Part shown: piece after piece, positions 26,524-38,402 of the stretch
How the letters are laid out: the number at the start of each line of letters is the position of its first letter
Position numbering within the stretch: position 1 is the first letter of the stretch
Assembly: GCF_006345805.1 (NCBI RefSeq)
Contig: NC_043003.1
Location: forward strand, 22,692,001 to 22,756,000
Source of the DNA: Octopus sinensis
Taxonomy: Eukaryota
Length of the DNA: 64,000 nt
Direction of reading: 5' to 3'
Translations under genes and position numbers: made by a program
Notes under the pieces: model-generated
The model's database searches: none
Told to the model about the DNA's origin: nothing
Seen by the model: only the letters and a program-made list of their open reading frames with translations

Positions 26524-28299
26524 CACTACTACTACTACTATAAAAAAATAATCCTCTGACGGATTGTGCTTTGTGGTAGTTTTGACTGCTAGAAATCTCA
26601 TCACACCATGTGTTTTATAAAGAAAAGGAAAAATTCCAGAAGCACTGTCTTTAATTAAAAAGAAGACGGGATGGTGATGGGCACAACGCCTAGCAACGAA
26701 AACGATTTTCTTTTCATTTTTATCCAAGGACGAAAGACCTTGACTTCAATTCGCTGCATACAAAATGTTGTACATATATCCAGTCTAATTTCAAAGATAT
26801 GCTGTTTATAGCATATATAATTCAGTACACATTGATGTACTGAATTGGAAATTCAACAAGATAAAGTTACTGAAACCAGATCAACACGAGCGCTTGGAAC
26901 TTTCTGGAAGGTAGCCGACAGCAAAACAGAATTTCTGAATTCTGAGCAGTACTAATATGTTAGCATAGCAAAGCATGCGGATAACAAACTAAACGTTTAG
27001 CAATTAAGTGTGAAAGTTTCGTATTTATTCATGCAGACTTAAGTTGAGGTTTAAGACAAATGGAAAGAAGCGTTATGGCGAGGTGGTTATGAAATTCAGT
27101 TTTCAAGTACTTGGTTGTAAGGTTCGTTCTCAGGATGTGGAAGCTTTTGTAAGTGACTTCGAAAATAGCTTCAGTTCGACCGAAGCATTGTGAATGAAGT
27201 ATTATGATAGATGGAAGTGTGTGTAGGTCCGTAGGAATCGTTCCTGTTCTGTGGGGTTTATCTTTTGTTCCTTTTTGACACTTCAGTGACTAAGATGCCA
27301 CACTGAAAATGCGCCAAGCCATCGGCATCGCCAAGTCATTGTCATCGTCAGAGAGAAAAATATCCCCAACTAAACATTGGTAATAAAAAAACAAAAAGCA
27401 ATAACTGAAATATTTGTTAATTATTCTTGTATTGTTTTACTTGTTTCAGCCATTGTTTTGCAGCCAGGCTGAGACACTCCTTCGAAGGGATTGGTCAAAC
27501 AATTCGACTTCAGTTTGATAATTTCTCTATCATTCTTTGCTGAACCGCTAGATCAGTGAGATGTTCGGGACTATATTAAATGACACTTACCGAAGGTACC
27601 GCACAGTATGACTAAACTTGAAGCCACGTAGTTACGGAGTGTACTCCTTAATAATACAGCCACGTCTGCGACTGAAGCATCAGCATAAAATAGCAGCAGT
27701 AGAAACGTTTGTAACGAAATACGAACTCATAATGGTCTACCACTTTATCTGTCTATTTAGAACATTTGTATTTAGTTGAGTTTCAGGATGTGTTCAAAAT
27801 TATTCCGGCTGTCAAAAATTCCAACTAGATTTAAGTACAACCACTTTGACCTACATAACAGCAGAAACAAGTAGAAAATAAAACCAAATAAACAAGCAAA
27901 CACAACACGAAAGCCTTGACATCCGATACTGAGAATCATTTGAAAATTCATCCGTCTGTTTGGAACAACAACAAAAAGAATATCTGAATAGACTATAATT
28001 GGTTACATAGATTTTGGTCGTGTTTTAATATCCAGTAAGAGCTTCGTTTATATTTATACTAGTAATGATTTTTTTTACTGAAAATGATTGAACGTCGTAC
28101 CATCTCACTTCCTCTAATTAAAAACTTGGCACTAAGCTTAATTATAAAACATTATTAACTAAGGAATCTTTATGTAGGCGTTCTACTTTCTTTAACTACC
28201 CTATCTACCCTCAAATTTTACTCCATCGTCTTCAGAAAGTATTTAAAAAATGAAGACGTGGTGTAATATGGTTAGTCTTAGGTTTACAACCCACCTCGA

Positions 28300-29205
28300 T
28301 GTCCAGTCCTTGCAGTGTAGAGACTTGCGTGTCTCAATGACAATGGGGGCTATGCCTACGGAGCGTTAGCACCTGGTGGGGACTTCCTTGCTCAACAGGA
28401 CGGAGGGCAAATTAGTATAAACTATCTTTTATATTTTATTTGTTTCAGTCATTTGACTGCAGTCATGCCGAATTTTAGTCGAACAAACGACTTATTTTTT
28501 AGTCGAACACTACGACTTATTTTTTAAGCCTTGTACTTATTCTAGCAGTCTCTTTTGCCGAACCGCTAAGTTACGGCAATGTAAACACATCACCACTGGT
28601 TGTCAAGCGGTAGTGGGGAATATAAATACGCACAAAGACACACAGTCATAGATATACATACATACGGCTTCTTTCAGTTTCCGTCCACCAAATCTACTCA
28701 CAAAGCTTTGGTCGGCCCTATGTTATAGTATAAGTCACTTGCCCGAGTTTGCCACGCGGTGGGAGCGAACTCGGAACCATGTGGTTGAAAAGCAAGCTTC
28801 TTACCACACAGCCACGCCTCCGCCTATAGTATATGCAGTCTCGTCTACCCGGAAGTAAAAGTAGGTTTGCGTACAGCCAACACCCCTAGCTAGAAAAAGC
28901 AAGGTGACAGAAGCATCGATGACAATTCAAAGCCAACAAGACTTGAGATACGAAGGCCTTCCCTCAGGAAAAACATGATATGGCGTGGCAAATTCCGAAA
29001 GGAAAACAATATTTTGCACAACGCGTTAGGCCATAACCTGGAAGCCACAAAAGAAGTGAAAGAGAGAATGTTCTGAAAATAGATATGGAAGCAGAGGTGA
29101 CAAAATAGGGATCCAATTGGAGAGAAGAAAAGAAAGCCCAAAGCTGAGACCATCGGAGAAAAATTATGACGACCTATGCTCCGCCGGGGGCAATTTGCTT
29201 AAGTA
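28300..29205 (+). mobile_element. Decayed, internally deleted RTE element (5'UTR-like part joined to ORF2 3' end), split by a SINE
   Basis: gtgtctcaatgac...ctatgc...agcacctggtggg is RTE 5'UTR-like; 28975-29200 translates to a decayed RTE terminus (W..K.RKENNI...MEAEV...G.NWRE..KAQ); SINE A inserted with TSD tagtata (28413-28419 / 28827-28833). Confidence 0.6.
28427..28826 (-). mobile_element. SINE family A inside the RTE relic
   Basis: 7-bp TSD tagtata. Confidence 0.8.
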
Positions 29206-29324
29206 GATACACATTAAATGATAAACAGCAGGATGGTTATAAATTGAATGTCGATGATCATAAATCTGTTCAGTTGATCTAGAGCTAAGTAAAACAACAA
29301 AGCAGGAATTATTATCTGTTTAGG

Positions 29325-29902
29325 AGACATTAGCACGCATCTACAAATGAATTGTTCGCTGATTTCTGCAAACAAGAACGCGTGCACTTATTAAATATAT
29401 CTGTCCGAGTAAGTAGTTACGAGTGAGGAGACATACAACAAAGTGGAAAAAACCACGGTGTCTCGAAGTCCTCTTATTGTGGTGTATTGTGAACACACAT
29501 CGTCTAAAGAGATGAAAGTTCTTTGTTGACGAAAAGGAAAGGCGATGAGGACATTCACGTTCGAATCTGCGAGAACATATTAACAATAAATAGATACGTT
29601 ATGTTTGGGTTCTCGCTGTTCTGCGTGCACCCCGTGGGTTGTTGCCTTCTTGTCAGACATCAGCACGTATTAACAAATAATTTGCTTGCTGATTGCTCTA
29701 AACAAATGCAGGTGCTTTTGTTAGATTCATCGGACGAGCGGAGGAGCTTCGACTGAGGAGACACGCAATGAGGTAGAAACACCGTCATGTCTCGATACCT
29801 CCTTACACCGATGAATTACGGGGAGAAAGTGTTCTATTTTGACGATAAACAACATCGATCAGATATTCACAGACGAATCTGCCATAACTTATTAAGTACG
29901 AA
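29325..29902. repeat. Old diverged tandem duplication (about 265-bp units, offset 330 decreasing to 312)
   Basis: agacattagcacgcat/agacatcagcacgtat, tgaggagaca/tgaggagaca, tgtctcga/tgtctcga, attcac..cgaatctgc in both units. Confidence 0.75.
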
Positions 29903-30134
29903 CGTCAATATTATGATTATCAGCGAAAACATTTACTCAAATTCTATTCCCTAATGTTCTTTTTCACTCCTTGAAAATTCCCACGTTTACTGTCAATGTA
30001 AACAATAATAAATGTTACTGTTTACAAGTAATGTGGCTTGTAAACCGGAGGAAATTACACTTGATGCCGATAAGGTCAGACTAGCGATCAAAGTTCGAGT
30101 AAAGTTTACACTACTGCTGCTATTACTACTCGTG

Positions 30135-30203
<69 letters not shown>

Positions 30204-30284
30204 GTTACTGTTTCATTATTTGTGTGTGTGTATGTATGTATGTATGTATGTATGTATGTATGTATGTATGTATGTATATTTTTT

Positions 30285-30424
30285 TATTCTTTTAATTGTT
30301 TCAGTTATTTGAGTGCGGCCATGCTGGAGCACCGCTTTTAGTCGAACAAGTCGACACTTGCCCAAAGTTCCACGCAGTGGGACTGAACCCAAAACCATGT
30401 GGTTAGTAAGCTACTTACCACACA
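30285..30424 (-). mobile_element. SINE family A with a large internal deletion
   Basis: The tail is joined directly to the head at about 30354. Confidence 0.7.
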
Positions 30425-30633
30425 AAAGTTTGTTTTCCATGTTATTGTTTTTATGGTTTCGCTTCTCATTGTGTTCAACGTTGTTTTTTTGATGTCCTGT
30501 ACCCATATATGCATGTATATATACACATATATATATATATGTAGGTATGTACATATATGTATATATGCATATATTTATATATTATTTATATTATTATTAT
30601 ATGATCGAACGTCACGCATCCTTTTCCAAGTAA

Positions 30634-30677
<44 letters not shown>

Positions 30678-31689
30678 TGTGTGTGTGTGTATGTGTGTGT
30701 GTGTGTGTGTTTGTGTGTTTATTGCTATGTCTTTTGATTGTAGGTCATCTTAATGCTCAATTTTCTGTCCGCTGAGTGGATTGGAATAACAATAAGTATA
30801 GTACTTGGACCAAGGGTGAGCTACGTCAATCTGGACTCTCATTGAGTAACAACTCTCACCATTGTCATGAATGTATGTATGAATGTGTTTGTGTGTGTGT
30901 GGTGTGTGTGTGTGTGTGTGTGTGTGCCTGTGTCTGTGTGTATGTGTGGGCGAGTGGTTGGTTAATCCTGTAGAGTTTTTGGCATAAGCCAACGCGTGGT
31001 TCTGACGAAAGGCACTTGCCCAAGTGGACACACCACGCGGCAAGATCGAACCAAGAACTATATGGCTGCGAAGCAAAATTTCTTAATCAGACAGTCATCT
31101 TCCTTGACCAGAATCGAAATTCAGCGAAATATTAATTGTTTTAGATGTCGAACAGAGACGAAATAAAAAAAAAAAAAACTACTTTCATCTCTTTCCAGGT
31201 TTCCAAACACAAAAATAGACCAAAATAATCAGTGACCCATGGAAGAGAGATTTAACTTTGATATATATCATCATACAGTTATTAAGATTTGTTACGGTAT
31301 ATTGTGTTTGATAAAGTGGAAGCCGAGACGTTGTATTTTAAAATAACATATAACGGTATTAGTTTATGCTTTGAATCTTTTCCTGATTTCCAGTCAATGG
31401 GTTACAGTCGAGCTCAGACGATGTCTTCAAGGGTTTTACTTGACCATGTCGACCTTAGTTCTTATTCCAGTCTGGTACGTTAATTCTTCGACCTCTGTTC
31501 GATGAAGTAGTATGCTACAAGACTTGAAGCGAAACACGCGCACACACAAACGCATAAACACACACACTTTAGTGTGTCTATGTGTGTCTATCTTTCTATC
31601 TATCTATCAATCTGTCTGTCTGATTGTCTGTCTGTCCCTCAATCTCCCTGTCTACTCTCCCCTTCTCTCTCTCCCTCTCCCTCTATCCA

Positions 31690-31714
31690 TCAATCCATTC
31701 ATCTATCTGTCTGC

Positions 31715-31792
<78 letters not shown>

Positions 31793-31822
31793 GCCTATCT
31801 ATCTATCTATCTATCTATCTGC

Positions 31823-31906
<84 letters not shown>

Positions 31907-31915
31907 TTATCTAGC
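31690..31915. repeat. Long (TATC)n microsatellite
   Basis: Direct inspection. Confidence 0.95.
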
Positions 31916-32586
31916 AGTCTCTCCCTCTGTCCGTCTCTCTAACTATTTATCTATGTCTGTCTTTCTCTCTCTTTCACATTATCTATCCGTATATCTATCT
32001 CTCTATCACTCTCGTTATATATATTTATCTATATCTCTCTGTCTGTGACGGACATTTTCGGTTTCTGTCTACCAAATTCCAATTACAAAATAGACTACAA
32101 CAATTGCGTATCTATATATTGCGGACTCAGGCATTGGTGAGCGGTTACGAAATTTCCTTTGGAAGGAAGAGGCACTAAGTTCTATCCCACAGTTTGACAT
32201 CTTGGGTAAGTAGATTTACCAACGCCTCGTATAGACTCGAGCTTTGTGGGTAAATTTGGGAGTACGGAAGCTCTGTAGAATCCCACTTAGTGATCTGTAA
32301 CTGTAATTTAAAAGCCCAGCCTTCTTACACACGTCTTTCGCTGATTATAACTAAGATTATTGTTAAAGGTACAGGGGTAGGGGTGTGGTAAGAAGTTTGC
32401 TTCCTAACTGCATGGCTCCGAGTTCAGTCCCACTACGTGACACTTTGGACAAGTATCCTCTACTACACCCCCGGGCCAGCAATAGCCTTGTGAATCTGGT
32501 AGACGGAAATTGAAAGAGGCTCGTCCTAATATATATATATATATAAATATATATAGAAGGACTCAGGCATATATATATATATATAT

Positions 32587-33200
32587 CCTGTAGTCTCCCG
32601 CCTCCCTTTTCCCCTCACTTACCACCCCATGACCCTACGTCTCCAACGCACCATTCTTCGAGCTTTCCGTCATCTCCAGTCCGACCCGTCCACTTCACAC
32701 CTCTTCCCTAACCGACCCCTCCCCTCTTTCAAACGAGCCCACAACCTTCGAGACCTTTTAGTCCATAGCTCCTTCCCTGACCCTACCTCCCAACCCGGCT
32801 CGGTCCCCTGCTCCCGCCCACGTTGCCGCACTTGCCCTTACCTCTCCAACACCACCCTCCTCACTAGCACCCATCATCGACCCTTCAATTCCTTCACCTG
32901 CACCTCCAGCAATATTATCTATTGCGTCTCTTGCATCATCAATTCCTTCACCTGCACCTCCAGCAATATTATCTATTGCGTCTCTTGCTCTCTCTGCCAT
33001 TCCTTATACATCGGACAAACGAAACGCCGCTTGGCTGACCGGTTCGCGGAACACCTTCGTGACATCCACCTTGCGAACGACACACCGGTCTCACGCCATT
33101 TCCGCTCCACCGGTCACTCCTTGCAACATCCGGATTCCCGTTTGCGCCGTGAACAGGAATTAATCTTCTCTCTTCGCTCTTATACGCCATTTGGTCCCAA
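32587..33200 (+). pseudogene. Penelope-like retroelement ORF, 5'-truncated C-terminal part with GIY-YIG endonuclease
   Basis: In-frame RLPFPLTYHP...LPSFKRAHNLRDLLVHS...PCSRPRCRTC...NIIYCVSCSLCHSLYIGQTKRRLADRFAEH...VSRHF...REQELIFSL matches the PLE linker, Cys/His motif and GIY-YIG pattern. Contains a 54-bp in-frame duplication. The rest of the 311-aa ORF is low complexity. Confidence 0.9.
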
Positions 33201-33495
33201 CTCTCCCCGCTCCTCATCTAAACCCCCTCTCCCCCTCCCCCTCCTCACCTCCCTCCCCCCGACCTCTACTTCTCTTCAGTCCTTCATCCTTTCACCCCTA
33301 CTCCCCTTCCCTTCCCTCTTTCTCCCTCCCTCCTTCCCTCTTCCCCTTCCCTCTGCTCCCTCACTCCCCTTCTCTCTCCCCCCTCTCTCTTTCCTGATTC
33401 CTCCTCCCCTTCCTTCTCCCCTCCTATCTTCCCCTCCCCCTCCTCCCCTCTCATCCCCCTCCTCTTTCCCCTCCCCCTCTTCTCCTCTCTCCACA
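33200..33495 (+). repeat. Polypyrimidine (C/T) low-complexity tract in the Penelope 3' region
   Basis: About 300 nt of almost pure C/T. Confidence 0.9.
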
Positions 33496-33687
33496 CTACA
33501 CCACACGACTTTACACATCACATCATATATACATACACACGTCCAGACCTCTCATACGCACTAATACTCTCTCATACACACACACACACACACACACCCT
33601 TATGTTGGAGTAGGTCATTCAACCCTATTATCTCCCCTAATTTCGCTCTCACGTCTCATGTTTGATCTTTGACTTCTGGCCGAAATC

Positions 33688-33902
33688 AGATCGCCATGTT
33701 GATTCGTTAGTTACTGCACGCATATTTTTTTCTCTCCTTCTTTCTGTGTTGTTTTTCTCTCTGTGTATCTTTCTGTTGAAGAGCGTAGGCTCGAAACGTT
33801 AAAGACTTGTTTTATTTATATTTCCTGAGCGCCATACTAATACAATTGTTTGTTTGTTCTCCACCTGCCTTCGTCTTTTGTCTATTTTCATAAAGCTTCC
33901 CT
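33688..33902 (+). mobile_element. Penelope pseudo-LTR (pLTR) downstream of the GIY-YIG ORF
   Basis: Homologous to 15369-15577 (-) and 45188-45353 (+); follows the PLE ORF and a C/T tract; ends ...cttccct then (TA)n. Confidence 0.75.
33768..33805 (+). ncRNA. Minimal type I hammerhead ribozyme-like motif (core CUGUUGA)
   Basis: tcttt-CTGTTGA-a-gagc gtag gctc-GAAA-cg-TT-aaaga: stem I tcttt/aaaga, stem II gagc/gctc, palindromic ACGT in place of stem III. Confidence 0.55.
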
Positions 33903-33914
33903 ATATATAAATAT

Positions 33915-33997
<83 letters not shown>

Positions 33998-34018
33998 TAT
34001 ATACATATGTTTGTGTGT

Positions 34019-34320
34019 GAAGGCACACATGCCTAGTGGTTAGAGCAGCGGACTCGCTGCCGATGGATCGCGGGTTCGAATCTCAGACCGGGCGATGTGT
34101 GTGTTTATGAGCGAAACACCTAAGCTCCACGCGGCTCCGGCAGAAGGTAATGGCGAACTTCAGCTGACTCTTTCGCCACAACTTCCTCTCACTCTTTCCT
34201 CCTGCATCTTGCAGCTCACCTGCGATGGACCGGCGTCCCGTCCAGGTGGGAAACCTATACACCAAGGAAATCGGGAAACCGGCCCTAATGAGCCAGGCAT
34301 GGTCTGAGAAGGAACAAACA
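34019..34320 (+). mobile_element. SINE family E (D-type head/core, different tail)
   Basis: A-box gcctagtgg, B-box ggttcgaatct; tail ...gggaaaccggccctaatgagccaggcatgg; homologous to 38003-38273. Confidence 0.85.
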
Positions 34321-35275
34321 TATATGTGTGTGTGTGGTGTGTGTGTGTGTGTTGTGTGTGTGTGTGTGTGGTGTGTGTGTATGTGTGTAGTTATGCGTGT
34401 GTCTTTGTGCATACATTTGTGCCTCCCCACCGCTTGCCAACTGTCACCATGCTGGAGCACCATGTTAAAAGGTTTAGACGAGCAAATAGATCCCAGGACT
34501 TATTTTTGAGTCTGGTACTTACTATATCGGCTTCTTTGTCGAAACGCTAAGTTACGGGGACATTAACAAACCAACACTGGTTGTTAAGTGGGGAAACAAA
34601 CAGATACAATGGGTTACTGTTTTTTTTCCTGCTAAATTCACTTGTTAGGCACTGGTTGGCTGGAAGCTTTAGTATAAGACAGTGCACAAGGCGCCGGTAG
34701 CGTACAGTAGGTTTGAACCTGAAAGCACGTGTTTACAAAGCAAGCGTCTTATCTACCGAGCCATTAGTAATAACGTTTTCTGTATTTGTCACAAGGGCGT
34801 TAGACGCCATTTGGCGTCTAACAAAGCCAATTTACATAAAAAAAAAAGACGATGGAACTCTACATAGAATCTAATATATGAAAGGAGATATAAAAGAAAG
34901 AAAAAAAAATAACAGTAATGATGATGATGATATAGTTCGGATTTGTTTGTATTTGGAAATATATGGAGAAGTGTTTTTGTTTGCATTTAAAGCAAACAGA
35001 TTAATGGTTTTATCATTCTTGTGAGATACTTGAAAGACAGAGAAAAAAACAACACACGGTTTGGAAATTATAAAAGCTTAGTTGCTGCAAATGACTAATT
35101 TCTGTCAAATCGTCTACTTAACGTCCAAGCATAATAAGTATATAAATAAAAAGATAAATATATTGTATAGAACTGCAGATTGTGTTGCGAATATAAGCTA
35201 ATGCAAAAAGAAAAAAAAAAGGGAAGAAAAAAGAATTATACATAAATGAAAGAAATAGGTTAAGATGTTTTAGAC

Positions 35276-35314
<39 letters not shown>

Positions 35315-35315
<1 letters not shown>

Positions 35316-35500
35316 TATTTTTTTTATCACGTGCTTTCACTGCACCACTGAGCGCAGGTCTGTGTGCCTTGGATATGTGCTGTGGTTTATTGTGTCACTC
35401 TTATTTTTACGGTATTGAAAGTGTTTTACGTAGGATGGGTAGGGTGCCTAGATTTGATATTTTCTGTATGTTAGTCCTGGTGATTTTGTTATGCATTTGT

Positions 35501-35503
<3 letters not shown>
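35315..35503 (-). mobile_element. R4/Dong-like LINE 3' end in a (TAA)n array
   Basis: Minus strand NIQKISNLGTLPILRKTLSIP* resembles the R4-clade C-terminal IQK...LGTAHILRK motif; (ATT)n on both sides. Confidence 0.7.
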
Positions 35504-35544
<41 letters not shown>

Positions 35545-35553
35545 GATGATGAC

Positions 35554-35596
<43 letters not shown>

Positions 35597-36160
35597 ATTG
35601 TTATTTACTTACTGCTAGCTTTCTCTCCCCGAAAATACAAAGAACTGGCACTCACCTGTGAGAAATGAAAATGAAAACTAGTTAGAAATGGTTCACGATA
35701 ATAGAATTAATAGCACATGTGGGTATTAAAGATAATAGAAAATAAACAATAATAATAATAACAAAACGAATAAATAGGAACAGTACATGACGAAGAATTG
35801 TATTGTATAGTTTTATCTATGTATATTGTCATGTCATTCCAGTAAGATCTTTCATCTTTTATGTTTAAAATCGACGCAGTCTGTAAGTCGGAATAGGAAA
35901 TAAAACGATGCAACATACAAAAAGACAATGGAATTGTCGGCGGATTCTTTGAATAACGATTACTTTTATTGGCCACAAGAGATCAAATATTCGCGACAAT
36001 ACAAAGGCGACATACGAATGGAAACAACAAGACACAGTGGGTGGAGATTTACATCGAGTAAAATGGTGAGAAAATAAAAGTAGACGCATATATATGTACA
36101 CACACACATACACACACACACTCACATACACACACACATGTACATATATCTGTGTGTGTA

Positions 36161-36372
36161 TGTGTCTTCGTGTCGGTTTTTGTCCCACCACCATCACTCG
36201 ACAACCGGTGTTGGTGTGTTTACGTCCCTGTACTTTAGCGATTCAGCGAAAGCTACCAATAGAATAAGTTCGAAGCTATAAAGTAAGTACTGGGGTCAAT
36301 TTTTTTCGATTAAAATCCTTTAAGACGGCGTCCCTGCATGGTCGCAGTCTAATGACTGAAACAAGTAAAAGA
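36161..36372 (+). mobile_element. SINE family A, 3' half
   Basis: tttgtcccacc...gtcgcagtctaatgactgaaacaagtaaaaga. Confidence 0.75.
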
Positions 36373-36376
36373 TTTA

Positions 36377-36423
<47 letters not shown>

Positions 36424-36426
<3 letters not shown>

Positions 36427-36682
36427 GTGATCACCGTTACCGACCAGGCTATCAGATGTTGCTACACATCGCTGGTCACAATGCGCTTCGCATTGTTTTA
36501 GCCTTGAAATGACGCCACCCCGCTGGCTAAGCGAGCAGGCCAACAGAAGAAAGAGTGAGAGAAATTTGTAGCGAAAGAGTACAGCAGGGATCGCCACCAA
36601 CCGCTGCCGGAGCCTCTTGGAGCTTTAGGTGTTTCCGCTCAATAAACTCTCACAACGCCCGGTATGGGAATCGAAACCGTGA
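36424..36682 (-). mobile_element. SINE family F (D-type core, third tail type), 5'-truncated
   Basis: Core gagc..aaacacctaaagctcc...ccctgctgtactctttcgc as in D, but an unrelated 3' tail. Confidence 0.75.
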
Positions 36683-36768
36683 TAAAACAACCTTTTCTTA
36701 GAATTCGCAATGTCTACGAATCTAACAGAAATTTCAGTGACAATACATCGCCTCTAATATGTGACCGT

Positions 36769-37153
36769 GGAGGCGCAATGGCCCAGTGGTTAGGGCAGCG
36801 GACTCGCGGTCATAGGATCGCGGTTTCGATTCCCAGACCGGGCATTGTGAGTGTTTATTGAGCGAAAACACCTAAAAGTTCCACGAGGCTCCGGCAGGGG
36901 ATGGTGGTGATCCCTGCTGTACTCTTTCGCCACAACTTTCTCTCACTCTTACTTCCTGTTTCTGTTGTACCTGTATTTCAAAGGGCCGGCCTTGTCACTC
37001 TCTGTGTCACGCTGAATATCTCCGGGAACTACGTTAAGGGTATACGTGTCTGTGGAGTGCTCAGCCACTTACACGTTAATTTCACGAGCAGGCTGTTCTG
37101 TTGATTCGGATCAACCGGAACCCTCGTCGTCGTAACCGACGGAGTGCTTCTAT
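36769..37153 (+). mobile_element. SINE family D, full length
   Basis: TSD ctaatatgtgaccgt / ccaatatgcgaccgt; A and B boxes. Confidence 0.9.
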
Positions 37154-37320
37154 CCAATATGCGACCGTAAGAAGAATTATGCAAGTAACTGCATCAGTCT
37201 GGAGCAATGGTATAGGAGAAATTGTTTTTTGTCTCAATTACAGAGAAACTTAATAGGTTTTTATCGAATTAGGGTTATGGGAGATTTGATGGTTTTCGCT
37301 ATTAGAAAATTATTAGCATA

Positions 37321-37487
37321 TAGGCGCAGGAGTGGCTGTGTGGTAAGTAGCTTGCTAACCAACCACATGGTTCCGGGTTCAATCCCACTGCGTGGCATCT
37401 TGGGCAAGTGTCTTCTGCTATAGCCCCGGGCCGACCAATGCCTTGTGAGTGGATTTGGTAGACGGAAACTGAAAGAAGCCTGTCGTA

Positions 37488-37556
<69 letters not shown>

Positions 37557-37777
37557 TTGTGTGTCTGTGTTTGTTCCCATAGCATTGCTTGACAACCGAT
37601 GCTGGTGTGTTTACGTTCCCGTCACTTAGCGGTTCGGCAAAAAGAGACCGATATAATAAGTACTGGGCTTACAAAAAGAATAAGTCCCGGGGTCGAGTTG
37701 CTCGACTAAAGGCGGTGTTCCAGCATGGCCGCAGTCAAATGACTGAAAAGAGTAAAAGAGTAAAATAGTAAAAGAGT
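37321..37777 (+). mobile_element. SINE family A, young full copy
   Basis: Close to the consensus of the other copies. Confidence 0.9.
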
Positions 37778-37843
37778 ATATTCTTCGATGTGATTTCAAC
37801 TACAAATTGGATTCCAACTAAAAATAAGATTTCAACAAGAAAT

Positions 37844-38402
37844 TGGCTGTGTAGTAATAAGTTTGCTTCCCACCCACATGGTACTTGGGTCAGTCCCACT
37901 GTGTGGCATCTTCTGGCTAATGTCTTCTACAGTAGCTTCGGGATGATTAAAATCTTGTTAGTGAATTTCGTAGACGGAAAATGAAACAAGCCTGTCGTAT
38001 ATGTTCCTTCTCGAGCCATGCCTGGCTCATTAGGGCCGGTTTCCCGGTTTACTTGGCGTATAGGTTCTCCACCTGGACGGGACGCCGGTGAGCTGCAAGA
38101 TGCAGGAGGAAAGAGTGAAAGAAAGAGTAAGAAGTTCGCCATTACCTTCTGCCGGAGCCACGTGGAGCTTAGGTGTTTCGCTCATAAACACACACATCGC
38201 CCGGTCTAATATTCGAACCCGCGACCCCTCGACCACGAGTCCGCTGCTCTAACCACTAGGCCATATGCCTCCACTGTTGTATATGTGTGTGTATGTGCGT
38301 GTGTATGTGTCTGCTACCACCTGGCAACCGTTGTTAGTGTGTTTACGGCACGTAACTTAGCGGTTCGGCAACAGAAACGGATAGAATATGTACCAGGCTT
38401 GA
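37844..38402 (+). mobile_element. Older SINE family A split by SINE E
   Basis: Halves at 37844-38002 and 38279-38402. Confidence 0.75.
38003..38273 (-). mobile_element. SINE family E nested in the centre of a SINE A
   Basis: Reverse complement matches 34019-34320; flanked by the A 5' half (37844-38002) and A 3' half (38279-38402). Confidence 0.85.

Larger units (their letters stand above)
32376..34445 (+). mobile_element. SINE family A split by a Penelope element and a SINE E
   Basis: 5' half at 32376-32527; the 3' half resumes near 34400 (tgtgtctttgtg...ccccaccgcttgccaactg). Confidence 0.6.

Noticed and set aside
26249-26551. 100-aa ORF MVKPVFEEAG...
   Set aside because: The last third is (ACT)n; no recognisable domain or supporting splice partners.
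31512-32048. 178-aa ORF and overlapping ORFs
   Set aside because: (TATC)n translation (YLSI repeats).
33200-33564. Pro/Ser/Leu-rich tail of the 311-aa ORF and the antisense Gly/Glu/Arg ORFs
   Set aside because: Read-through of a C/T low-complexity tract.
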